In this document: piece by piece, positions 1 to 13,394 of the stretch | Layout: every line of letters starts with the position of its first letter | Position numbering within the stretch: position 1 is the first letter of the stretch | Origin: Chlorokybus atmophyticus | Lineage: Eukaryota > Plantae > Mesostigma and Chlorokybus algae | NCBI GenBank assembly: GCA_009103225.1 | Contig: RHPI01003369.1 | Coordinates: 379,500 to 443,499, forward strand | Reading direction: 5' to 3' | Length of the DNA: 64,000 nt | Made by a program: the position numbers and the translations under genes | The notes under the pieces: model-generated | Database searches by the model: none | What the model was told of the DNA's origin: nothing | Seen by the model: the letters and a program-made list of their open reading frames with translations, nothing else

Positions 1-3000
1 TCGATCAGCAACGTACTCGTATACGGTGTCTGCGGCGGGGAAACGCGGGTCCAAGTCACGTATGAACAGATCAAAGCGACGGCGTGACTCTTCATCAAGA
101 GCTCCGCCGAGCGACCACACGAGTGAGAACAAGAAGAACATCTCTGTCATGGCCACGGCTTGCTCCGCCTCCATCGGGACTGTATCATTGTTGTTGTTGT
201 CGATTGTGACAGCGTCGAAGAGGTGGCAAAGAGACCTCACTGCAGTCTGCCTATCTGTGGCAACGAGCTCCCGACACTCTTTGCGCTTGAACTCAAGGGC
301 CGCATCGACACACTTCTCTATCATCCGTCGCAGCGTGTCCACTATACTCGCATCGGTCTTCTTTGCAAGCCACGATTCAACAAAAGGTCTCCACCCGAGG
401 TCCTCCACATTCATGTAGATCATGCCGGCACGTGATACAGTTGCAGGCGAAGCTTGAGACAGGTCCTCTACTTCAAAGAGTATAGAGACTTGGGGTGGCA
501 TGGCTATACGTTCACCCGAGAGCAATGTGAGTAGCTTGTTGTCGTCAAGGAGTGTGTTCATGGACTCAATCCACAGCGTGTCCACGGGTCCGTCGAACAG
601 GATCCACTTTTGATCTAAAGCTTCGTCTCGACACGCCGTGCGCATGACTTTGGCCAACACGCCGTCACACCACTCACGTGAGGCTGCGGAGAAGCACCCG
701 TACAACTCGTCGTTGCTGAGAGCCAGTGGGTTGATAGTGTACACGTGCACACGCTCCATGTCCTCAACACCCTTCTTCTTAAGTGCAGCCATAGCTCTGG
801 ATAAACACTTCCACGCCTCGCTCTTACCCGCGCCGGTCTTACCCACAATCATGTTGCCGTGCCTCGCCACCTTACAATCGTACACTTGGATAATCTTCGA
901 GACGTAGTCGGCGACTGGTTGGAGCCCGACATTCCTCAACTCTTCTTCAATAGCGGCACGAAGCTCACCACCTTCCATAGGTGGTGCTTCCACACCCGGG
1001 AATAGGTCTTGTAACAACGCCGCAAAGAGTGGGAGATCAGCATATACAAGTTTGGGTACAATGAGGTCCCGCATGGTCCGATGCATGATGACTTCTTCGG
1101 GTGCATCGGGATCAATACGTTTGGATGCACCCGCCGCACGCGCGATGGGGATCACAAAGGACCTGAGGCCGTAGTCGTAGTGGTCTTGTTTAGAGAGTTG
1201 TTGTTGACTCAACTCCATGATAGCGATCATCTTACGGGATAACAGTTTGGCTGTCTGAAACCCCTCGGAGAACATCATGATCTCCGCGATGAGGGTGAAG
1301 TCCGGCACCATCATGGATACGGGTCTGAGCATAGCCTTAAGGTTGTCGGGTAGTTCACTGCGGCCGGCATAACCCGGGTTCATCGTGACGAAAATCCCAC
1401 AACTAGCGATGAGACGGATTTCGGCGCCTTCAAACACGAAGCGCGTGACTCCCGCCTTTATTGCGAGCATCACGGTGGAAATCTGCGTGGCCACGACAGA
1501 TAGGACCTCCACTTCAATGCGGTTGAACTCATCAAGACACGCCCACGCGCCCGTCTGCGCCAACCCGGCAAACATCTTCCCCGTCATCTTGTAGTCCACG
1601 CCATCAGAACAGTTGAACACAATAACATAACGCGCGAGAGCCTTGCCAAAGTCTTTGACCGTCTCTGTTTTACCCGTACCAGCAGGACCTAAAGGATTCC
1701 CACCTCTCCTTGTAAACATCGCCGCACCCAACGTCATGTAACATCTGTCCGTCAACGGCGTGACAACCAACCTGCCATTGTTGCCCTGATACTCGTAGCC
1801 GTAAGCGAAGACAGACAACACCTGTCGGATCACGCAGTCGCCCTTGGCATTGTCCTTGTCCTTGTCTTTGGCGTTGTTGTTGTCGTTGTCGTAGCCGGCG
1901 GCGCTGCTGTCCTTGTCTTTGTCCCAGTAGAAACGAAGCTGGCTCTGCCACTCAAAGTCGGTCGGAGCGGAGCAGCCGCACTTGCCGAGACGCTCGATGA
2001 CATCACGCGCGTGCACCTGGCAGAGCACACCCACATGGTTAACAACCGGCCTGCATGTTGACAAATTGTCATTGTACACTACACACATCAAGCCAATTCT
2101 TGCAACCAAGCACATTTTGTACGTGTTGTGTACTATCTTTATGTACTGCAAATAAAGCACACTTGCACAACACGTTCTTATGGTTAAGCAGAGAACCTTA
2201 TGCATGTGATTATAATGTAACAGAGGCATACTTGAACCAACAACTATCGGCCAATCACAGCAGGTGTGTATGCAAAGGACTTCATGTGCAGCATCCATGT
2301 GCTATTATAATATAAGGACAAGGCATTAATCACTTGCAACTGCTTTACCTCAATGGTGATGAGTGCCACGGTCTTGAGCCTATCTACTTTTGACAGCTTG
2401 GATCGCGTGACAGCAGTTAACTTATTGAGATACGATATCCACTTCTTCTTGAGTTGTCGTAATGCCGTCTTTGCATTCTCCGCATCCGCCAGCGCTTTCT
2501 CACACTCGGCCGTCCACGCAACCTGTCCCGCCGTAATCACACACTGGCCCGCGTTGTCTCGCAGCCACTTCTCCGGCGGGGCCCTCTTTGTTGGTTTGGT
2601 TTGGCTACCCGTCGCACCGACACCCGTCTCATCGATAGCTTTAATTAGGTACCTCCTCGTGGAAGCAAACATGGCGGCCTCAATGCGGTTGAGCCACTCC
2701 TCGGGCCGGCCCTCGAGGGCCACTCCAGGCCCTGTTATGTTGGGTGTTGGGACAACGTTACTCCCCATGAAGGATAGGTACTCCCCGTCGGGTGAGTGTG
2801 CGCCCGCTGATTCGTACACTTTAGCGGGTTTGTTCATGTCGAGGCGCTTGATGCCCTCGAAGCACTTCTTCAAGTGGGGTTGCACGTTGACGGGGTCCTT
2901 AGCCTGGCCGAGGATCTCCAACAGATCATCTGAAGACAGGAAGTAGAACCTCGGGAACTGTTGTCTCTTCTGTTCGAGATAGTCCTCGAGGGACTTCTGC

Positions 3001-6000
3001 ACGCGTTCCAACTTGGCGTCCATATCGGTGAAGGCGTCGAGTAGGCCCGGTAGGCGTGCCCCACGTAGTGCGTTGCTTTCTTTTTGTAGTGCACGCATGT
3101 TGCGAGCGAAGGCCTCGTTCACACCATCGAAGACTGCACTCTCTTGTGGCAATTGCTTGCGTATGTCCTCGGACCCAACAAAGATGTTCTCTAAGTAAGC
3201 CCACTGCCTCTGCACCTGTAACACCATCTCAATGGTCTCGCTGACCAAGCTCAAAGCCTGCTCCCATTGAGTAATCTCCTTCTCAAACGTCGTGAAGAAC
3301 CGCGACGCCTTCATTGTGGACAACGCCACGGTGTTCTCCTCCAACGCAGCAAACACGTCCTCCGCCCCCCTGAGCTTGTACACCATGTTGGCCGCATTGG
3401 TTGCGTTGGCTCCCGCACCCGTCTTACTATGAGGCACAAGGTCCAAGTTGAGACCCTTCCATGTTGTTTCAATGCCCTCAAGAGCTTGTTCAATAGCGAG
3501 TTCTTTAGCGGCAGAGGCTGCGAGTTCAGCAATACGCTCGGCGTGGTTCTCCAAGTGAAGGTCTGATACTTTGTCGAGGGTGAAGTCTTGTCCCGTTGGG
3601 TCGAAGCGCTTCCCGACGGCGTCCATGAGTTGCTCCCAATGGCGTGGCCGTAAAGCGGGACTCCTCAGGTCCGCTATCAAAGGCATTGTCTTCTTGAAGG
3701 CGTCAATGGCGTCGCGTGTCTCTTGCCACACGCTCCACGCTTTAATCTCGTTGCGCCCCAGCTTAGCGAGACGCTTGCCGAGGCGTTGCGCAGCGTCGTC
3801 CATCTCCTCCACACGTAAGTCCCTGAACAACCCGTCCTTCCACCCATCGTAGGATGCCAACCACTCTTTCCTCACACCCCACACGCTGTCGAGGAGCTCC
3901 AACTCCTTCTCCGTGGCGCCGAGGTCCTTACCGATACCCAACATGACGGGTTGACTCGCATCTCGGAAGATGTCCAACCCAGCCTTGAGTTCGGACTCAC
4001 GCTTACGCGCAGCATCACCCGCAGCACGAGCCTCGGCAAGAACCAACATGGCGGCCTCCACGCCAATCTCAGCAACATACGGTGCCTTAGCGAGAAAGTC
4101 CTCTCTCTGCTCAGACACTTGGCGAGCAAAGCCATCCACCATCTTGTTCAACTTGTCTCTGAACCCGTCCTTGGCACGCTCGAGGTCTCTTTCACACCCG
4201 GCCAACGTAGCCCTAAAAGCCGCCCACTCTTGCGGGAGGCGTGCCAACAAAGCCGTCTCTTCTTCGGGTACTTCCACCTCGAAGCGTTCCAACGCACGGT
4301 ACTTGTCTTGCACGGGGACGAAACGCGCCTCCGTGGCGGGTAGTTCATCTGTCACGCGGCGGAGCAAGTTTACGCTCTCGCCCAACATGTCCAAGTTCAA
4401 GGGAGGCTGACGCAACGCAGTGGAGTTGGACTCGAAGTACTGGTGGATCGCACGCAGCTCGCTCGCAGCAAGGTTGTTCAGCAGCTTCCTGTTGTTTGCA
4501 CAAACATAAGCAACATGCATGTGTTTTTGTAACATTACTGTTCTGAGGGAATGTGCGTAAGTGATTCAGGCACGCGTTTTGCCTGAAACAACGTACTTAA
4601 GAGAGTAAACTTTTTCTAGTACAACGTTTTCAGTGTGTCTACACAATAGTTGAAAAACACACACTAACAACCCATGTGTCTACTGTCAAGCATTGCCATA
4701 GTGTTGTGTATGCAACCGCACGTATTTGGTCCTACTCTGTCAATCATAACGAGAATGCGCTGGAATTATAGTTGAGTGTACCGGACACCCAAAGTTATTG
4801 CGAGAGGGATAGTAGCATGCAAACCACCTAACCAACAGTAACAAGAACAACACCAACAGTACGTACGTGAACTTGGCGAGCCAGGCATGGCAGTGTGAGA
4901 CCAACGTTTGCTTGAGTGGTCCGCAATCAATGCGCAGGAACCGCATTGCCGTAGCCGTATCTTCTGCTAGCACCTCCTCTGCGAGCTCTCTATACTTGCC
5001 AATATCAGCCTCAAATGCCGATAATGGCTTCTTCGCCTTCTCATAACGACGGATATAAGCCTCCTTGTCCTGATCCCATATGTGCTTGTACTTCTTCTCC
5101 CAATAGGACAAGAACTGCTGCACCTTGTCCGACATCGCCGTCACGCCACCCGTGATAGCTGCAATTGCTTTCAATGTGGCGTCCTCGTCCCCGCTGATGA
5201 GCTCATAGAACGACGGTAGCTGTTGTTGTTGTTGTTGGGTTTGTGTTGAAGACAACGTGGTGTTCTCGCCGTCGGTTGCGCTCAGGTCAGCAGAGAGAAG
5301 CTTGTTGTTGGTGGTGATGGCGAGGCGGGGGACGGCGGTGAGGACCGTGAGTAGGTCCTTGGCTACGGCTTGCACGAGGAGGAACAGGTCCTGTACGGAC
5401 GGGCGTAGCTCCACGACGTTGTGGCGTGGTTCCAGAGCCACAATCACGTTGAACACGGGGGCGACCTCTGTCTTTGCATCCCCGTTGAGTGCGCGCGACA
5501 ACTCTTGCAAGCTCTTCTTTGTTGCTGCACGAAGTGCATCCTCCAACTTACGATCCACCTTACGTGTGTAGTTGGCCCACTCTGCTTGGACCTCAGGTCC
5601 ATCTGCAGCAAAAGCCGCCGCATACGCCGTGGCCAATGTCTCCTTGATGTCCACCACAACACCCTCTAAACGTGCCCGCGCCGCCTCACGATGCTCTTTC
5701 TGCCTCGCCTCGAACTCACCCTCTTCATACACACGCTTCTTCTCCACACTTATCAGTAACCCCTCAGCCACTGCCCGACAGCGTGAAGCGATCCTCTCTC
5801 CCGCACTCTTAAAGTCCAACACTAACGCCTCAGCTTCGGCACAATGCCTCCTCGCCTCGCGATTGAAGTGATCCAAGTGGTGTCTACCCGACACCCACGT
5901 GAGCTTCGAGCTCAACCCGGGCGCCACACGCCGGTCCAAGTGTCTAATCCTATCAGCAAACAACCTCCTCTCCTCATCATCAAGCAAGCCAAGGATACGA

Positions 6001-9000
6001 TTATAGTCCCTTGCAACAAGCAACACGTGCTCACGCAGGACTCTCAACCTCTCTCTTTGACTCGCCGCTTCCATAGCAGCAAAGGGGACCTCCAACCCCA
6101 ACCTACTCTCCCACAAGGCCGCTTCATGAAACAGCGCCACAATACTCCTCTCAAAGTTGACGGAGAGTAGTCCCTGACCCTCCTCTTCTTGTACCAACAG
6201 GGGTCCCTCCAGTCTTCTCATGCCTTGTGGATTGACTAGAGCGGACTCGACGCCAAGTGACCAGTCGGCGTGCTGGTTGCGGACGTATTGATCCACTGCT
6301 GTTGATAGTTGAGAGTGCTGAGCGTCGACTTCTTGAGCTTCAGATGAACAGAGAGGGAGACGACGCTCGCGGGCGCTAGCGCGAAGGACGGATAGTGGAC
6401 CTTCCACACGTTTCAACAACGACTGCAAAAGCAACGTACATCAGTCAGAGTGCAAGAGGTTCAGCAACTGACAGATCATCGTGATACGTTGGGTGTAGAA
6501 GTATCCCACATCATCTTTGAAGAGCTGTTTCAAGCATTTTAGGAACAACAGGTTGTTGCTCTTGTAAACTCAGCATCAACAACGCAAGTGCTACCCACAC
6601 ACGCGTGTATGGCAACTTTTTCTAGACGTGTGTGGGCGTGTACCTGGGCCCAAAGGGCTGCACCCGCGTGGCGTGGAAACGACGGGTGTATCGGCGGGTG
6701 TCGTCTCATCTGATCAAAGTGTCTTTTCACCGCATTCAGCTCCGCCAGAAACGCCGCATACACCTCTCCCGTTTTCTTCTCCACACACCTCCTCACGGCA
6801 TCTCTTCTCGCCATCGCCCAGAACGCCTCCGCTAAGTCCACTCTTGCAGGCAAGGCCGACGCAGTCTCAAACGCGAGCGTGACAACGTTCTGAAACATCA
6901 CTTCCAAATCCTTCACGCCGGACTTGAACGCGTTGTAATCATCGTGCCAACGTGTTGCTTTTACATCCAAGATGCTGTAACTGAGACTTCTTAACACACC
7001 CACCAGTTTTTGAAAGGCAGCGTAGATGTCCTGAAGACTCTTGGCTATTTCTGGACCTCTTGCACCACCAAACACAGGCGTGCTGGTGGTGGTGGTGGTG
7101 GTTGTCGTGTTGGTGGTTGTATTGGGTGCAAATTGTCCTCGTGCTTCGCTCACTTCAAGCAAGTCCCGGCAGCGTTGCACAAAGGCTTCCATATGGGCGA
7201 AGATGGAGCTGGAGTCAAAGTCCCAAGCACGCGTGTTGATGTTGGTGTTGGTGTTGGTATTGGTGTTACCATTGGCGTTGTTGTTGGCGGCGGCGGCGCG
7301 TGACACGGCATCTGCAGCAGCCGCATATGCACGTTTCCACGACTCGCCTGCACGTATCGACTCACGTAGTGCTCCCACACACTTTACAGCATCTCCATCA
7401 AACACTTCAGTGAGAGACACCGTCGCGCGACACCTGTTAATAATCTCATTCGACACCTTCCTCAACAAGCCCGTCAACCTCTCAGGCGTGTTGTAGAAGC
7501 GACTCACGTTCCATATGATGCGTATGCAGTTGAGCAACCGCGGGAGTATGTTGGGTATGTCTTTTGGAGCCGCTTGAGATAGAGCCTTGCACGGGCCCTC
7601 AAGCAAAGAGAGGAAGCGTAAGTTGTCTTCAGCTGCAATAGCTTCACGCTGAATAAGGTTGGATAGGCTGAGAAAGGGTCCCAAATATGAGGACTTTGCG
7701 TGGTCGAGTATGGCGACAATAGAGGCCACGCCGGGATCGTCGAGTTGCGCACGTATACCTGACAAGTCCACACTACGGCTGCGCCAGAAGCCAATCTCTG
7801 CAAGTGGACCCGCGTCTTCACCGAGCTCAGCAGAGTTGTCCTGATTGTTCACAACCTCTTTGATCTGTCTGGTCCAGTGAATCAAAGTGCTCTCTAACCT
7901 CTGTACCAAGTCCTTCTCCACACTGTTGTTGGTGTTGGAACTGGTGACCATATTGTTGTTGTTGTTGTTGTTATTGTTGTTGGGGCTGGTGGCGATGTTG
8001 TTGTTGTGTTTGTTGGTGAGTGTGGATGCGGCCAGCGTGAGGTCCTCTTCTTTGGGTATGTACAGTACGGTCTTTCCTTTGGCGTGCCAAACGGCCTCGG
8101 TGAGTCCCGCCATGAACTTGTGTAGGTGTCCCGTGAACTCGCGCCTTAGCGTGTCGGGCCAAGTCCTATTCCTCAACACGGCGGGTATGAACACGCGTTC
8201 CATCAGTCTCAACACTGCATCCGCCACGTTGGTGTTGTTGTTGTTGTTGTTGTCCCCACCATTCTCCACCACGCCCATGCTGATGTTGTGCGTGGCGCTC
8301 TCTGCAGTGAGCTCGCGCACGGGGTCACGTACCATGTACATGAGGGATGTCCATAAAGAGGAGGAGAAGGGCACGGATGTGGACACGTGGAGGGTGCGTT
8401 TGCAGTCTGTGGTTGTAATGTGGGCAAAGAGGTGGTTGCCTCCTGATAGTTCGCTCCCGGGTGTGATGGATGCGTTGTTGGTTTGTGTAGGGGAGGACAC
8501 GAAGGCTGATACGGGTGGCCGGTGGATGCCTTCATCCCACAACTCATCGACCTGAATCCGTGCAGGCATAACATGAGAGGGAGAGTGTGCATACGGGGGT
8601 GTATGTGCGTGTTACATGTTGTGTGTCGCTAGTGTGTATCTGTCTGTTTGCGTGCGCATGTGTGTTGGTACTTGCGCGTGCACCGGCACGCGTGCGCATC
8701 CGTGTGTGTGTCCATGCATGTGTGCTTTCGGGCGGGCGGGGGGGAGGGGGGGGCACGTGTGTGAGCGTGTACACATCGTTGATAACATGCAACCCCACAC
8801 TTGCCGACAGATACCACACACGAACAAGTACACAGACCCGCGCACGCACGCACGCATGCATACGTATAACAATGTGCATGGGTGCACTTTGAGTGAAACT
8901 TGCGCTGCATGTAAGGGATAGAAGTTTGTTGACTGCTCATGCTTGCACGCAGCTCAGGCCCTCATTTCATCAAGCGTGGTAGAATTTGCATGCACTATTG

Positions 9001-9332
9001 CACAGCATCAAACGTGGAATCGACGACAGTGAAGGATGACCGCATGATCGTGATGTTGTCAACAAGTACGTGTGTACCTCTGTGGAGAGCAGCCTAAGCT
9101 TGTCTTTAACCCAAGCAACCAGCGCTTCATGCTGCTGCACGGCGCTATAGGCACTTAGCCTGGCTGTCCTTTCCGCCTCCGCTGCCGCCAACGCCTCCTC
9201 GTCCTCCTCGTCATCGTCCTCGGCGTTCTCCTCCACCAGAGTCATGGGCGGCGGCGGCATCACAGGCTGCGCCTGAGGCAACACCACCGCCGCCACAGGC
9301 GCAGGCGCAACCGCCTCTAGCTCCGCCACCAT
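1..9332 (-). CDS. DNAH2: Axonemal dynein heavy chain, inner-arm I1/f beta type (DNAH2 / Chlamydomonas DHC10-like); 3' part runs off the window
   Basis: Exons 9332-9078, 8551-6644, 6422-4867, 4488-2349 and 2016-<1 join in frame at GT-AG sites (e.g. ITIE|VHARDV, AKFT|KLLNN). DHC_N1 motif LESTLIHWTRQIKEVV...GPLAEIGFWRSR is typical of DNAH2. AAA1 Walker A GPAGTGKTETVKDL (~1650-1695); AAA2 Walker A GKTGAGKS (~820-845). ATG in GCCATGG context at 9332. Confidence 0.93.
8590..8870. repeat. Cryptic (GT/GC)-(CA/CG) simple-sequence tract with a G-run in dynein intron 1 (similar tracts at 15420-15590, 15830-16030, 52620-52750, 63330-63400)
   Basis: gtgtgtgt/gcgtgcgc/cacgcacgca runs, plus gggcgggcgggggggaggggggggc at ~8730-8753. 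Confidence 0.7.
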
Positions 9333-9366
9333 GGCGGGCGGAGGCAACGCCCGTGCACCTCCCCCT

Positions 9367-9425
9367 CGCCAGGCCTAGCCTGGACTGGACTAGCCTGGCC
9401 TGGTCTACCCCGGCCTGGCCTGGCC
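9367..9425. repeat. Degenerate pentamer array (CCTGG/CTAGC-type units) in the dynein 5' leader
   Basis: ccaggcctagcctggactggactagcctggcctggtctaccccggcctggcctggcc read directly. Confidence 0.8.
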
Positions 9426-9428
9426 AAC

Positions 9429-9446
9429 AAACCCTAACCCTAACCC
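9429..9446 (+). promoter_or_regulatory. Telo-box / interstitial telomere-like motif AAACCCTAACCCTAACCC upstream of dynein
   Basis: Exact sequence seen about 100 bp upstream of the dynein ATG. AAACCCTA is the plant telo-box. Confidence 0.55.
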
Positions 9447-9893
9447 AACCAACAACTCAAGTCACGTGACGCTATACCTTCCCTTCCTTCAGGCATACAC
9501 TTCCTAACTTTAGCTTCCCTTCCATACCGTTGCACAGTAACTTTCGACATAACATCCTTCCGTTCCCTTTCGCCAGCGCAGATATTGTAACTGACGCCGG
9601 CGCGCCAGGGCTCCACCGGTCATCAGCCACATTACGGCCTTTTGTTGACCCGAAAGCAAACGGCCAGCGGCGCCGGCTGCGCTACTCTTCGACCGGACAA
9701 TGCCAGACGATGGCCGGACCGTGCGTCGAGTCAATTGTGCCAGGCGATAAGTGTGTCAGGTTTAGAGTTTGGCGTGCAGGCGGGCATACTAGGCGCTGGC
9801 GGTGGTGGCGGCGGCGGTGCAGGTGGTGGTGGTGGTGGTGACGTGGTGGACGGGTTTGTGGGGATGCTGGACGCGGGGAGCAGTGTTTACCGG

Positions 9894-9967
9894 TTAGGGT
9901 TTGTGTAGCTTCTACAGTAGCGCTAGTGGTGCGGCCGCAGGAGACGCTCTTCAGTGCGTTAGGGTTT
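9894..9967 (-). promoter_or_regulatory. Two telo-boxes (TTAGGGTTT at 9894-9902 and 9959-9967) in the 5' leader of the At1g01500-like gene
   Basis: Exact AAACCCTAA on the minus strand twice, just before a putative 5' UTR intron (GTGAGT donor at 9986, acceptor AG at 10520-10521). Confidence 0.55.
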
Positions 9968-10526
9968 GGGAGCGGACTGCTCGAGGTGAGTTTTTGTGCG
10001 AGGTTGATTGCACTGCTAGCGATCATTTCTAGGTGGTGGCGATGATTTTTAGGCAGTGGCGACCATACTTTAAGCAGGTTGCTTCAGCATGCGAAGGTCA
10101 TTTGTTTGTCTGTGGCTTACGCAAGGCGCTGTTCAGGGCGCAGTGCTCAGCGCACAGGTTTGTTGTCCACTTGCCGGCGCTAAGTGCTTGAGCTGCAAGC
10201 ACTTAGCAGATCACACGTCCATATGACCTCCGTGTGAGCGTCAACTGTCTGCTTCCACCTAACAGGTTAGCCCAAAGGTTCAACATGCCTCGTATCTTAG
10301 CAGCTTGTTTGCACTGCTACATGTGTTGTTAGGCTTACACAAACCCTAGAGAGGTGCACTGCCTAGGTTTCATGCAAGCACTGGGCAGCAGTGTGCCTGC
10401 CTATGGCAAGCTACAGGATTTGGCCCGACTTCTGTGTTCCTTGCACAATGGCACAACCGGCATATGCATTGGCAGTTGCTTTAGACTGTTCCTGACACCG
10501 ATATGTTTTATGGATAGCCAGGTACC

Positions 10527-11906
10527 ATGTATGCTGCGGAAGTTGAGGCGGCGGCAGCAGAGGCGGCGGCGGCAGCGGCCGAGCTACAACGCAACAGCAG
10601 CACTGCAGCAGGAGTAAACGATAGCTGCCAACTGGCGTTGTCCCTTTACCGCCCGACCGGTTGGCTCGAAACAAGGGTCGCCTACGCGCGCCTGCTCGCA
10701 CACAATGCACCGCTCGACACTGCTGCATGCCTGCTTCCCGAAACCCTGCGACTGCGCTTTCCCCCTCGCTCGGTTGGCACATGGCTTGAAGCCAATGGGG
10801 CCAGGATAGCTCCTGAAGACGAAGCCCACTTCACTCTGCGCCGCGACAAAGTGGCCGCAGAACCGTCGGCCCCAGGCGAGGCTGTCACAACCTCGGCCAC
10901 TTACATAGCAACGGACCTACTGCGTGTGTCGGATGCGGTGGCTTTTGAGCTCCTCGTGTGGGACTGGGGCGGTGTGCCTCTTGTGAGCGGTTTCATCGAT
11001 AGGCCATCCGACAGCAGTGGGCGCTGGACTCTGGACTGCCGAAGCTGTGTGGCCAGGCCAAGCGTATCTGATGGCTGGAAGTCGCAGCAGCAGTCTCTCG
11101 TGCAATCCACAGGGTTGTCTCGCGCGGAGCTCTGCCTGGTCGGGAGTGCGCTGGACCTCTGCACTCAGTCGCAGAACCAGCTGTGCCTTTCAGCAGACGT
11201 GTCGCTGGCCCCAAGGCCACGCTCCATTAAGCGTTGCCCATCGCGTTCCATGTCCATGCTGGATGTTATCCCAGAAGATGGTGAAGCCATGAAGGACCAA
11301 AGCTCGGCTCCCTCAACCATGTCATCCATGCAGTGCACGCCATTCGATGCAAGCACAGATCCTCAGAAGGTGAGTCATTGTCCTGCAGTGTGCAGCCACC
11401 TCACTGCTGTATTATTGACTTGCTGACCGTTAGTATGTTCACACAGCTACAACTTGTGGGGCTGAGACAGAGCGGGGATGGTGATGTGTACAGCAGCAAA
11501 GCGAGTGAGTTTGCACAAAGGTACTGGACGCAGATGCCAGCGTATGCTCGCAACATTGCCAGCACTGTTTCTTCGGAGGATGAGAGCGACAAGGAGCTTG
11601 AGGCGTCCTGGTTTGGCACTGGACTGCGTGTTGGAGTCGGTATGGGCCTTGGCGTTTGCCTTGGCATTGGTATCGGCCTTGGCATAATGGTGCAGGTGCG
11701 ATAAGATAGCATGCGTGTCCACAAATTGACTGTGTCATGATCTCACTCTTGCATGGTATGTGAAAGCATTACTGCAGACGTTGCTGCGGACGTTACTGCC
11801 ATGGCCGCCACATCTATGCACTGACTGTGCCAATTGTCATTTACAGACTTACAAGGCCACCACCTCAACCATGCGAAGCACTGTGCGCCGTTTGACCTTT
11901 AGGTAG
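10527..11906 (+). CDS. Plant uncharacterized protein At1g01500-like (C-terminal Gly-rich TM helix)
   Basis: Exons 10527-11369, 11447-11695 and 11847-11906 splice in frame. Motifs WLETRVAYARL, FTLRRDKV, TYIATDLLRV, DVIPEDGE, SWFGTGLRVGVGMGLGVCLGIGIGLG and TYKATT match the recalled Arabidopsis At1g01500 family (WLEVRLFYVRI, DAIPEDEE, SWFNAGVRVGVGIGLGMCLGVGIG, SYQATT). Confidence 0.85.
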
Positions 11907-13394
11907 CACCTGGTGCTGGGTTTCCTGCAAGCCCCCTTTTCACACCACCTTCCCCGCACGCTCCACTGTTCATCCTCCTTTTGTACAGCTCGTGCAGCAA
12001 GCGCTTTTTTCTGTCGTGGTGCGGAGCCCAGGTTTTATGTTTCACGACCGTTGTCTTCCCAACTCTTTTTTGCTCTGTCTGCCAGTGCGCAACTGTAGCA
12101 TATTGCAAGATTCCCATAGGATTAAGTGTACAGTAGCACTTGCGCTACTTCTTGTGGCCCTTCCCGCAGCTCTGATGTTGTAAGTATCGCTCAATGCAAG
12201 CCGTTGGCCCCAAGTGTTTTATGTGAGTTCTTTGACCTTTGTGCATGTGACTGTGGCATACATGCTTCAAGTTCCTGCCACTCTACAACACCGGCGTGTG
12301 CATAAATGGCGGTGCGGCATTAGCATGGGCGACCGCACTAGCTCGCAGTTATCGCTGCTGCACACTGGATGTGAATGCTTGGTAATGCAGCATGCCTGCA
12401 TGGTGGTGTCATTGGTAGTAGTAGTCCAAGTAGAGGAGAGGAGCCTGGTGGTAAACATGATGATGTTCATGTTGGCCTATGTATGCTATGTACAAACAAT
12501 GCATAACGAATATGCACATGCATAGTGGCATACCATGTCAGCAGCATGCAGAGTGACATAACGCATACTAACAACACCATTGTAAGGTTGACCACCGGGT
12601 GTACAAAGTATGCAATGCAGAATTCACGCATGCAAGACACATGCAAGGAGGTAAGTGAGGTAAGTGGTTACGCATGTGTGGGGAGCAGAGTGTCTGCCCG
12701 CGCATGCATGCATTTGACGTCAGCTTGTGAGTGCTTGCAATTGTTGCCATTGACTACTTGCTAAGTGATTAACTGCCTGCTATGCTGACTGCTGTGCTAA
12801 TTGACTGACTGCTGAGCTGACAGTGCACTAACGTGATATCAAGTGTTGTCAAGTGCTGTCGCTCAGAATGCCTGTGTCTCATCTGACTCAGCAAAGTGTC
12901 CGTTGGGCCAGCCATTGTATCGCTACTGCTCCTGCTGGCGGCGGGTGTTACAACAAGCGGCTGTAAAGACCAGCACGCCATACCCTAGCCGCCCGGCCTG
13001 CTGCGCCCCTCACGCACAGCACAACACAGCATCCCGCTCACCCCCTCGCCTAACCTCCCTTGCCTGCTGCTGCTGCTGCTACCTGCTGGTCGCTTCTACA
13101 ACTACGCTGACACCAGCCCCGCTGTTGCTCAGGTCTGCCCTGCCTTGCCTTGCCTTACACCTGCTGTGCTGCTACTGCCCCGCCCCACCTCTCCGCCCAC
13201 CACCACCAGCATACGCACGTAGCTAGTGCACATAGCCTTGCCCTTGCCCTTGTATTCAGTCCTTGCTGGTGTGCCTGTTGGTGTGCTGGCTGGTGTGCTG
13301 GCTGGTGCCTTACATTGTGTTGCAATTGTTGGAAAGCCTATGCAACTACCATCGGCATATATCAATCCCACCACCAAACCCCACCGACCACCTG

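Noticed and set aside
26-7844. Plus-strand ORFs of 60-197 aa opposite the dynein
   Set aside because: They are antisense shadows of the dynein exons with no recognisable motifs.
9429-9446. Telomere repeat as a chromosome end or fusion site
   Set aside because: Only 2-3 units lie inside a promoter; better explained as a telo-box.
13129-13377. ORF with PAST repeats and KGKGKA, resembling a retroelement gag fragment
   Set aside because: Short and low-complexity, with no zinc knuckle, protease or RT nearby.
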